From Squalus acanthias (lineage: Eukaryota): 64,000 nt of DNA. The stretch is from contig CM059432.1 of NCBI GenBank assembly GCA_030390025.1, forward strand, positions 496,001 through 560,000. The letters are read 5' to 3'. The translations under genes were made by a program, and so were the position numbers. How positions within the stretch are numbered: position 1 is the first letter of the stretch; each line of letters starts with the position of its first letter. Below are positions 47,201 to 59,200 of this stretch, piece after piece. Under the pieces are notes generated by a model. That model made no database searches. It was given only the letters and a program-made list of their open reading frames with translations, and had not been told where the DNA came from.

Positions 47201-50200
47201 TTCTGCCGAAATGGCAGATAAAAAAACATCGTATAACGTTTTATCTGCTAATATCACCAACAATTTCTGGGTTTGTAAGACAACAAAATGCACACTTGAT
47301 AGTTTCATCTCAGTTCATAGTTATTAGATTTCTAGAGCAGTGGCTCTCAAACTGGGGTCCGCGGAGAAGTTGCAGGGGGTCCCCAACAACAACAAGACCC
47401 GCATCATTCCCAAACACCTGCAACTGGCCATCCGCAACGACGAGGAGTTCGACAAGCTGCTGGGGCGGGTAACCATCGCTCAGGGCGGGGTGCTGCCGAA
47501 GAAACCCTGCGCTGGGAGCGTCCAAGAATGAATCTAATAACCCGAAGGCTCTTTTCAAAGCCACCCACTGTATCTGCGAAGAGCTGGTTACTGGTCTGAA
47601 GGGAGTCGGAGAGATCTTGAGATAATTTAACAATAAATTGCCCTGTTTTAGACCTGTCCACGTGCGTTTTCAGTTCCCTGTCTCGATTGCACTACTGCTC
47701 ACACACATCCCCCTCTAGCTAGTGAACAATTCAAAATTAGCGAAGAATCAACAGTTTTGAAAATTCCGCCACCTTTGGTTTCATGAATAATTTTTAAGAG
47801 TACACTCCGGTGCATAAATGATAACTATATAAAGATATTCGGAGCTGATGAATTAATTTAGTAATAAAAGGGCCTGATTCGATTATGCTTTGTTTTGGAT
47901 TTAGATAGTTTGAATTCTGGATCAGTTAGAATCTAATCCCAGGACCTAGAGTAAGTGCAGGAAGAGGCCACTCTTGGGCTGTGTGTTCCTTTCCTGTTTT
48001 CTGTTTGTACTGCACTGTTTCTAGACTCGTCTCGAGTTCTTTTTAATTTTGCTGCTTTAGCACTGAATTAAAACGGAGGCTTTTGCTAATTTCAAATTAG
48101 ATTTTTTTTTAAATGGTTCGTAGTTAAAATTCGTAGATGAGCAGCAGTTTTTAGGACGGTACTTAAAAGTAATGTATCAAGTAGGAAAGTGACCAACATG
48201 TCAAACATCACACCAAGGACAGACAGACAGACTCTGCAGTGCGAAACAGGCACAACCATCTCACTGTATCTGATTAAATACCTGTTTTCTTAAAAACATT
48301 ATTAAAGTAGTCTTTACATGCAGCACTTTCATATTATGAGTATGATATAGTATTATCATTTAGATTGGGGGGGGGGGGGGGGGGTTCCGTGATTACTAAT
48401 CCATTTGAAAAGGGGTCCTTCAACCAAAAAAGTTTGAGAGCCACTGATCTAGAGGGATAGAATTAAAAAGCGGAAAAGTTATTTTAAGAGTACATTCCGG
48501 TATACAGAACGTTGGTTAGATCACACCAGTTCTGGTCTCCATATTATAAAAAGGATATAGAGGCACTGGAGAAGGTGCAAGAAAGCTTTCCGAGCTGAGA
48601 GGTTATACCTAACAGGAAAGACTGAACAGGCTGTGGCTCTTTTCTCCAGAAGACTGAGGGGTGATCTGATAGAGGTCTTTAAGATTATGAAAGGGTTTGA
48701 TAGGGTAGACGTAGAGAAGATGTTTCCACTTGTGGGGGAGACCAGAACTAGAGGCCATCAATATAAGACAGTCACTAATAAACCCAATAGGGAATTCAGG
48801 AGAAACTTCTTTACCCAGAGAGTGGTGAGAATGTGGAACTCGCTACCACAGGGAGTGATTGAGGCGAATAGTAAAGATACATTTAACGGGAAGCTGGATA
48901 AACACATGAGGGAGAAAGGAACTGAAAAGTTGTAGCCTGCTGTTCCGAGTTAACATTTCAGCTCAGCGTTCTGATGAAAGGTCATTGACCTGAAATGTTA
49001 ACTCTGTTTCTCTCTCCACACATGCTACCTGACCTGCTGAGTATTTCCAGCATTTTCTGGTTTTATCTGTGATGAGAATGTAGAACGTGCCACCACAGGG
49101 AGTGGTTGAGGTGAATAGCGTAGATGCATTTAAGGGGAAGCGAGATAAGCACATGAGGGAGAGAGGAATAGAAGGTTATGTTGATGGGGTGAGATGAAGA
49201 GGGTGGGAGGAGGCTCGTGTGGAGCAGAAACACCAGCTTGGGCCAAATGGCCTGTTTCTATGCTGTAAATTCTGTGCTGAAGGCGCTGCAGAACCAATAC
49301 AGGCCACATGGTGTCACTCTTCCAACCTCAGTACTTCCTGACGACAGAACTTGTGACTACTTATAAGACATTGGGCCGAAAATTGATCCCGGGACGCGAG
49401 AGTACGCACTGCATACTCTCGCGTATTCCCACTCCAATTGCCGGTTTTCTGCATGCCCTGCGCATGCGCTGAAAACCGGCAATTGCTCTTCCGAAAAGGG
49501 GGCGGGGCCTGGGTGCATCGCGTGCGCGCTACAGGCTGCGCGCACGCTGTGCACTTCATGCTGTGGACGCGCAGGTAAGTAGGGAAGATTTTGGAAATGT
49601 AAAAAGGAGGAGTAAGACCCGCTTTTAAAAGGTAAGTAGTGAATTAAGTATTTTTTTGAATTTTTTTTTACAGGTATATCTTTTTTAGAGACTTTAAAGA
49701 CAGGTAAGTTTATTTTTATAACTTTTTAAAAGATTTTAAATTTTTTCAAAAATTTAACTTTTTATTTAAAATGGTTAATTTAATTAACTATACTTATTTT
49801 ATTAATGTGATGGTTTTTTTTTAAATTTAATTGAGGTTTAGCTGTTATTTTGGGGGGGTGTAAGATTCATAAGTCTCACAGCCATGCTGTGAGACTTATG
49901 AATGGAAGATGGTGTGCTGCCATTGGCTCTAACTGAGTCACGTGATCCCACAGCTCGCACGAATTCACTACGCCGCTGGGATACGCAAGCCCAGCACAGC
50001 TGATGTCTGGAACATCAAGTTCGTGCGAGCTGGATCAGAAAAAGCATAAGCGAGGTGAGACATCGCGGGGAAGGCTTACCCCCGCGGGAACAGTGCGAGA
50101 TCAATTTCTGGGCCATTGTTTATTCGGGAATCCCAGAAAACATGGAGCAAGAACAAGCATAAAAATCTCTTCCACCTACACGCTCGCCCTGGGGTGGATG

Positions 50201-53200
50201 CAGTCCTCTTTATTAAATGTTCAGAATTTAGCTGAAAAAATACAAGTGCATGATTTTTTTTTGACACCAGTGTCTTGCAGAGCTTCAGATGCTGAAAGTG
50301 GAAGTGGTGCAGAGAAAGGAACAGACTCGTGATTCCGTCAACAAAGTATTTTGAACCCAGGGCCTCCATTGTGGTTTTTAGAAGGTGTTTATTTAACGGG
50401 CTGGAAAAATTAACTTTGTGTTAACAATGCAAAAGAAAGACTTGCATTTCTATAGCGCCTTTCACAACCACCGGACGTCTCAAAGCGCTTTACAGCCAAT
50501 GAAGTACTTTTTGAAGTGTAGTCGCTGTGGTAATGTGGGAAACGCGGCAGCCAATTTGCGCACAGCAAGCTCCCACAAACAGCAATGTGATAATGACCAG
50601 ATAATCTGTTTTTGTTATGTTGGTTGAGGGCCGTTATTAATGTGCAAATCAGCCAGCAAGTTTAGGGGATTAAGAGATGCGCCATGACTAGGCTTGTATT
50701 CCCTTGAGTTTAGAAGGTTGAGGGGTGATTTAATTGGGGTGTTTAAAATGATGATAAAGGGATTCGGTAGGGTAGCTATAGAGAGAATCTATTTCCTCTG
50801 GCGGGGGAATCCAGAACATGGGGCACAATCTTAAATTTAGAGCTAGGCCTGTCGGGTGAAATTGGGAAGCACTTCTTCACACACAGGGTGGTGGAAATCT
50901 GGAATTCTCTCCCCCAAAAGGCTGTGGATACTGGGTCAATTGAAATTTTCAAGACTGATAGATCTTCGTTAGGTAAGGGTATCAAGGGATGTGGATCAAA
51001 GGTGGGTAGATGGAGTTAAAATACAGATCAGCCATGATCTGATTGAATGACGGAACAGGCTCGAGGGGCTGAACGGCCTCCTCCTGTCCCCATCTTCCTC
51101 CTGTCCTGCTGGCGACTGTTCCACAACTCGCCCTAGTGACCATTATTCATATGTGAGCCTCGCTTTGTTCGTGTCAGCAGGTTATTTGCATGGAGGCTAA
51201 TCTGTTCCTAACCTCACCTGATATCCACAGATGCTCGTTGTCAATAGGGTTTTATTAGATAGCAAACGGAAGTGGGAATACCAGTGAACGATTCCCTCTT
51301 AAACCAGGAGTGCCACCTGGAGTTCAGCGTAGACCTGGCATCAATCCTGACCCCCTCTGATCAGTCGGTGCAGCTACTCTCCGAATAAACTGAGCCATCG
51401 AGAGAGGGACCAATGGGGGGGGGGGACAAAAGCCTGACCAGCTTTTAACCCCCGCCGTGAATATACACTGGGTTCTATTGGAAAGTGAAAACGCTCGCAA
51501 CTGTCTACACGTGTCCCTACTTTAGACCTGTAATGAGGAGGAATTTCTTCACTCAGAGGGTTGTGAATCTTTGGAATTCTCTACCCGCCCCCCCCTGGGA
51601 TGCTGAGTTGTTGAGTATATTCAAGGCTGAGATCGATAGATTTTTGGACTCTAGGGGAAATCAAGGGATATGGGGATCGGGCGGGAAAGTGGAGTTGAGG
51701 TCGAAGATCAGCCACGATCTTATTGAATGACGGAGCAGGCTCGAGGGGCCGTATGGCCAACTCCCGCTCCTAATTCTTATGTTCTTACGCAAGGAGGAAA
51801 TTTAACTCCCTCAGTCCTAAAAAAACAAAACAAACCACTAGATTTTAAATGTCACGAGTGTGCTTTTGTTGAACCTGGAACTGGGGAAGAGGTGCTGCCT
51901 TTCTTATTTTATCTCCACCCCCCCCCCCCCCCCCCCCCCCCCCCCAAGCAATGACAGATTTTGTGCTTAATCCATATCTTTCACCCTGAAATTATTTTTA
52001 TTACTCATCTCAAAGAATGGAGGACAAAGGAGAAGTAAAGTGCATCAAATTTTCATTTGGGAACAAGATCTTAGCTGTGCAGAGAACACCAAAGGCTGTG
52101 GTAAGGAACGGTTTTACAGATTGTGGTTTTAAAGGTTTGCAGTTGGACGGAAGTAGACTTGTCACAGTGCGTACTAAAATCTTTAATATTTTTGCAGGAT
52201 TTTATTAACTTCATTCCTGACCTGCCCCAAACAGAATACTCTCAAGAATGCAAGGTAATAATTGTAATTAAATTAGGTGGCATTGATTTAAAGTAGTGGG
52301 TAGGAGGTTTAGAGAGGAGTTGAGGAGAAATTTGTTCACCCAGAAGGTGGTGGGGGACTGGAACTCACGGCCTGAAAGGGGGGTCGAGGCAGAAACCCTC
52401 ACCGCATTTAAAAAGTACTTGGATATGCACTTGAAGTGCTGTAACCTACAGGGCCACGGACCAAGAGTTAGGAAGTGGGGTTAGGCCGGATAGCTCTTTG
52501 TCGGCCGGCACAGACACGATGGGCCGAATGGCCTCCTCCTTCTGTGCCGGAAATTTCTATGATTCTAAAATTTGTACAATTGGAATCTAAAATGTCATTT
52601 TTCTGCCTGTGTTAAAATGTATCTTTTCATTTTCCTCTCACCGTAGACCAAAAATGCCAACATCCTGGGGTTCTGTTGGACCAGCAGCAGTGAAATAGTA
52701 TTTATTACTGACCAAGGCATCGAATTTTATCAGGTAGGCGCTGTACATAATGAGGACTGGAAAAGGCCAGTCGAGCTGCCACTTATTTTCCCTGCATATA
52801 ATCCCATTTAACCGTCTTCTTGTTGCATCCCTCGGCCCTTCCTCAATCCAAAAATATAGCTAATATTCGAAAGGCTTGAATTCTGTAATAGTCGGGTGAA
52901 ACCATTTGCGATTGGGAGGCTTTCTGTATTCCGATTACACAGTGGTAGATTCTTTTATTTCACTAGCTCCTTGAATCTTTAGCACCTTCAAAAATTGTTC
53001 CCTATCTGCTTTGCTTGTCCTCGCAGAAACACTGTTGTAAATCCAAAAGAGAATGAGGTTTCTTCCGCCATCACAGATGTAACTGGGAAATTGCTTTTTG
53101 ATTTAAAAAAAACTCTAGTCCACAAACTAAAATGCCAAAACGCTGAAAGTCACAATTGCACCTTTTGGAATATGGCCTCAGGTATTGTTGTTTTTGTTAT

Positions 53201-56200
53201 TCCCAGGTATTGCCTGACAAGCGTAGTTTAAAGCTACTAAAGAATCAGAGCATCAATGTTAACTGGTATATGTACTGCCCAGAAACTGCTGTCCTCCTCC
53301 TGTCTACCACCGTGCACGGGAACGTTCTTCAGCCATTTTATTTCAGGGTAAGTCGGGCGTTGTTCTCTGATCTCATCATCTGCAGCCTGTGCACAGTTCT
53401 GGTCTCCATATTGTAAAAAGGACATAGAAGCACTGGAGAAGGTGCAAAAAAGATTTACTAGAATGATACCAGAACTGAGAGGTTAAACCTATCAGGAAAG
53501 GTTGAACAGGCTGGGGCTGTTTTGTCTGGAAAAGCAAAGGCTGAGGGGTGACCTGATAGAGGTCTTTAAAATTATGAAAGGGGTTTGATAGGGTAGACGC
53601 AGAGAAGATGTTTCCACTTGTGGATGAGACCAGAGCTAGGGGCCATAAATATTAGATAGTCACTAATAAATCCAATAGGGAATTCAGGAGAAACTTCTTT
53701 ACCCAGAGAGTGGTGAGAATGTGGAACTCGCTGCCACAGGGAGTGGTTGAGGCGAATAGCAGAGATGCACTTAAGGGGAAGCTGGATAAGCACATGAGGG
53801 AGAAAGGAATAGAAGGATATGCTGATGGGGTGAGATGAAGTAGGGTGGGAGGAGGCTCGTGTGGAGCATAAACACCGGCACAGACCAGTTGGGCCGAATG
53901 GCCTGTTTCTGCGCTGTCAGTGGGTAGCACTCTCGCCTCGGAGTCCGAAGGTTGTCCCACTCCAGAGACTTGAGCACAAAAACCTAGGCTGACACTCCAG
54001 TGCAGTGCTGAGGGAGTGCTGCACTGTCGGAGGTGCCGTCTTTCGGATGAGACGTTAAACCGAGGACCAGTCTGCTCTCTCAGGTGGACGTAAAAGATCC
54101 CATGGCACTATTTTGAAGAAGAGCAGGAGAGTTATCCCCAATGTCCTGGCCAATATTTAGCCCTCAATCAACATAACAAAAACAGATTATCTGGTCATTA
54201 TCACATTGCTGTTTGTGGGAGCTTGCTGTGTGCAAATTAGCTGCCGTGTTTCCTACATTACAACAGTGGCTACAATTCAAAAGTACTTCATTGGCTGTAA
54301 AGCGCATTGGGACATCTGGTGGTCGTGAAACGGTATCTAGTGGGGTGTCACAGGGATCGGCTGGGGCCTCAACTATTTACAATCTACATTAATGACTTGG
54401 ATGAAGGGACCGAGTGTAATGTAGCCAAGTTTGCGGATGATACAAAGATGGGTGGGAAAGCAAGTTGTGCAGAGGACTCAAAGAATCTGCAAAGGGATAT
54501 AGACAGGCTAAGTGAGTGGGCAAACATTTGGCAGATGGAGTATAATGTGGGAAAGTGCAAGGTTATCCACTTTGGCAGGAAAAATAAAAAAGCAAACTAT
54601 TATTTAAATGGAGAGAGATTACAAAATGCTACAGTTCAAAGGGACCTGGAGGTCCTCGTGCATGAAACACAAAATGTTAGCATGCAGATACAGCAAGTAA
54701 TCAAAAAGGCAAATGGAATTATTTAAATGGCCTTTATTTCAAGGGGGTTGGAGTATAAAAACAGGGAAGTCCTGCTAGAACTGTACAGGGTATTGGTGAG
54801 ACCACTCCTTGAGTACTGCGTACAGTTTTGGTCTCCTTATTTAAGGAAGGATATACTTGCATTGGAGGCAGTTCAGAGACGGTTCACTAGGTTAATTCCA
54901 GAGATGAGGGGGGGTTGACTTATGAAGAAAGGTTGAGCAAGTTGGGCCTATACTCATTGGAATTTAGAAGAATGAGAGGTGATCTTATTGAAACATATAA
55001 GATACTGAGGGGGCACGACAGGGTAGATGCAGAGAGGATGTTTCCCCTCGTGGGGAAATCTAGAACTCGGGGGCACAGTTTCAGAATAAAGGGTCGCCCT
55101 TTTAGAACTGAGATGAGGAGGAATTTCTTCTCTGAGGGTCGTAAATCTGTGGAATTCTCTGCCCCAGAGAGCCGTGGAGGCTGGGTCATTAAATACATTT
55201 AAGGTGGAGATAGACAAATTTTTGCAAGATAAGGGAGTGAAGGGTTATGGGGGGCGGGCAGGGAAGTGGCTTTGAGCCCAAGATCAGCCATGATCTTATT
55301 GAATGGCGGAGCAGGCTCGAGGGGCCAAGTGGCCTATTCCTGCTCCTATTTCTTATGTTCTTTCTTATGAAAGGCGCTATATAAATGCATGTCTGTCTGT
55401 CTCTCTTTCTCTTTCTCTGCCTCTCTTTCTCTGTCTCTCTGTCTAAATACTTTGTAATACTTTTCTGCACTTTCATGCACTTTGAGTTTCTTGAAACATA
55501 TGTAGTTTATTATTTTCTTAGTAGAAAGGTGTCTGAAATCCTAAATGCTGTACAACACCCCCTCCATTTCTCAAAATATGCTGTTTGGGATTGGCAGCTT
55601 AATTTTTTCCATAAAGTAAATAAATGTGAGCAGAAATATTTATTGATCGAAGTGCTGGGCTGAGAGGAGGAGAAAGATGAGGAATGCAACAGTGAAAGAC
55701 ACCAATACCCCAGGAGGGAGGTTCTCGGTGACCGGGAATTCCATGTCCGGGATGATGAACACGGGAATGATGCGGTAAATGAATAATTGGGATGTGGGCA
55801 GAGGTGAAGGATCCAGAATTGAAGGGGTAATGTAATGAGTACAAAGTGAATCTTGTGGCAGAAGAATTTCATGGTCCTTAACTTTGGAAAAAGTGGAAGT
55901 GTTGAATCTGAATTTTAATGGAATAGTAATTTTCTCAAGTTAATAATTAGATAAAAGCTGTGTGAAGATGAAGTTTTTGTGTGCTTTTATTTTAATAAAG
56001 TGCCAACCCAGATTGTACAATTTTTGTGAGTTAAAATTCCTAATATTTTAAAAGGAGTGTTTACAACCATCTGCAACATAAGAACATAAGAATTAGGAGC
56101 AGGAGTCGGCCATACGGCCCCTCGAGCCTGCTCCACCATTCAATAAGATCATGGCTGATCTTCGACCTCAACTCCACTTTCCCTCCCAATCCCCATATCC

Positions 56201-59200
56201 CTTGATTCCCCAAGAGTTCAATAATCTATCGCTCTCTGTCTGGAATATACTCAACGGCTGAGCCTCGGCAGCCCTCTGGGGAGGAGAATTCCAGAGATTC
56301 ACAGCCCTCTGGGGAGGAGAATTCCAGAGATTCACAGCCCTCTGGGGAGGAGAATTCCAGAGATTCACAACCCTCTGGGGTAGAGAATTCCAGAGATTCA
56401 CAACCCTCTGGGGTAGAGAATTCCAGAGATTCACAACCCTCTGGAGTAGAGAATTCCAGAGATTCACAGCCCTCTGGAGTAGAGAATTCCAGAGATTCAC
56501 AGCCCTCTGGGGAGGAGAATTCCAGAGATTCACAGCCCTCTGGGGAGGAGAATTCCAGAGATTCACAGCCCTCTGGGGAGGAGAATTCCAGAGATTCACC
56601 ACCCTCTGGGGAGGAGAATTCCAGAGATTCACAACCCTCTGGGGAGGAGAATTCCAGAGATTCACAGCCCTCTGGGGAGGAGAATTCCAGAGATTCACAA
56701 CCCTCTGGGCAGAGAATTCCAGAGATTCACAGCCCTCTGGGGCAGAGAATTCCAGAGATTCACAACCCTCTGGGGAGGAGAATTCCAGAGATTCACAACC
56801 CTCTGGGGAGGAGAATTCCAGAGATTCACCAGCCTCTGTGCGCTCAAAGATCATTAGAGACAAAAACCTGGTCCATTTTCTAAGCGGGTAAATTTCTGTA
56901 TCGCAACGGGCTGCCTTTTAAATTTGACATTCCCGCCTACTCCCACTCCTATTTCTTATGTGCTTACAGCCAGCCCCCCCTGTGTCGCAATAAACTGATG
57001 TGGCACAAATGTTTAGATGTGTATTGAGACAAAGCGATTTGATTTTACTTTCCAGAGTGGAACAATGTCCAAAATGCCAAAGTTTGAAATCGAACTACCT
57101 GCATCTCCCAAATCTGGCAGCCTGAGTCTCTCTGACAGGGATATTATAATGGCCACTATGTAAGTAAAAGGCTGCTGTCCTTCTTAAAGACCAGATTGCA
57201 GATTGGTGTCTACCTTTCACGCTTCAAGAGAGCGCCTGTAACAATGCTACCTCCCCGAGACCGTGCTACTCCATAGTATGAATTTAAAAATTAAAAACAT
57301 GCGATTTTAAAATTCTCATCCTTGTTTTCAAATCACTCGACGGACTCCTCCTCCCTGTCTCTGTAACCTCCAGTCCCACAACCAGTGTTCTCTGTAAGCT
57401 GGTGTGTGGCCGCACAGCAGTCTGTGAAGGTGTCGCACAGGCTGCTCACAGGCTGTCCCATTGAAGGTACTGTGTATGCGCGGCCGCGCTGCAAATTTAA
57501 AGGTACCACGGATTTAAATAAACAGGCCACGTGCCCACGGTAATATTTAGAGGGAGCATTGCCCGCAACCCTTCCGAGATCTCTGCGCTCCTCTAATTCT
57601 GGCCTCTTGAGCATCCCAGATTTTGATCGCTCAATCATTGGTGGCCGTGCCTTCAGCTGCCTGGGCCCTAAGCTCTGGAATACCCTCCCTAAACCTCTCC
57701 GCCTCTCTCTCTCCTCCTTTTAAGATGCTCCTTAAAACCGACCTCTTTCACCAAGCTTTTGGTCGTCTGCCCTAATAACTCCTTATGTGGCTCGGTGTCA
57801 AATTTTTATTTTGATAATCGCTTCTGTGAAGCACCTTGGGACGTTTTACTACTTTAAAGGCGCTATAGAAATAAAAGTTGTTGTTGATTTTACAAAGACC
57901 TTCATCTGTGCATGAGTCTGACTATTCAGTTACCGCGCGTTCTGTACGTGTAAGAATGCTAACCAGCCCCTCGCACTGTCAGTTATTGACACTTACCCTG
58001 TTTCCCGCAATATATCCTAATGGCAGGGTTAATTTTAAGAATGCAGTGGTAATTTTTTAATCTGTCTTTTTCGCAAGATATGGGCAACTTTACGTCCTTT
58101 ATCTGAAGCACCAACCAAGAACTCCCAATAATCCTGGGGCTGAAGTAATCTTGTACCATTTACCCAGGTAAGACTTGCTGATTTGGGCTCACGTTTAGTC
58201 TGCACTGTATTTTGGGATGATTTCCTGAATGTATCTTGCATTTCAATTGCAGGGAAGGACAGTGTAAGAAAATGCATGTATTGAAACTAAATACCACAGG
58301 GAAATTTGCTTTGAACGTTGTTGATAACTTGGTTGTGGTGCATCACCAGAGCTCTCAGGTAAGGAGTCTGCACTCCGCCTCTCTCCTACTTGCTATTCGC
58401 TGATTATCTTGGAAGGGTAAAAATTACGAATGGCCTCGACTTTCACTCTTTAAATTTAGTGAATGTAATTGTTAAAGTTCTACTGCAAGCTCTTTCTCTC
58501 TTTCTTTCTCTCTTCCTATCTTTCCTTCTCTTTCTTTCCTTCACTACATCTCACATCTAAACATAGACAGGCGGACACGTGGCAGATGAAATTTAGCACA
58601 CATATGCGAAGTGATACATTTTGGTCGAAAGAATGAGGAGAGGAAATATAAACTAAATGGTACAACCCTAAAGGGGGTGCATGAACAGAGAGACCTGGGG
58701 GTATGTGTGCACAAATTGTTGAAGGTGGCAGGGCAGGTTGAGAAAGCGGGTTAAAAAAGCTTATGGGATCCTGGGCTTCATGAATAGAGGTATAGAGTAC
58801 AAAAGCAAGGAAGTTATGATGAACCTGTATAAAACACTGGTTTGGCCTCAGCTGGAGTATTGTGTCCAATTCTGGGCACCGCACTTTAGGAAGGATGTGA
58901 AGACCTTAGAGAGGGTGCAGAAAAGATTGATGATTCCAGGGATGAGGGACTCCAGTTACGTGGATAGACTGGAGAAGCTGGGGTTGTTCTCCTTAGAGCA
59001 GAGAAGATTGAGAGGAGATTTGATTGAGGTGTTCAAAATTATGAGGGGTCTGGAGAGGGTAGATAGAGAGAAACTGTTCCCATTGGAAGGGTCGAGAACC
59101 AGAGGACACAGATTTAAGGTGATTGGCAGAAGAACCAAAGGCGACATAAGAAAAAACGTTTTTACTCAGCGAGTGGTTAGGATCTGGAATGCGCTGCCTG

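Noticed and set aside
47340..47531. Functional short H2A variant gene
   Set aside because: Starts at a GTG inside the TIR, lacks the N-terminal 70 or so residues and a promoter, and has an 8-codon deletion
56168..56863. 231-aa repeat protein ORF
   Set aside because: CR1-derived 33-bp minisatellite on the non-coding strand of an RMC1 intron
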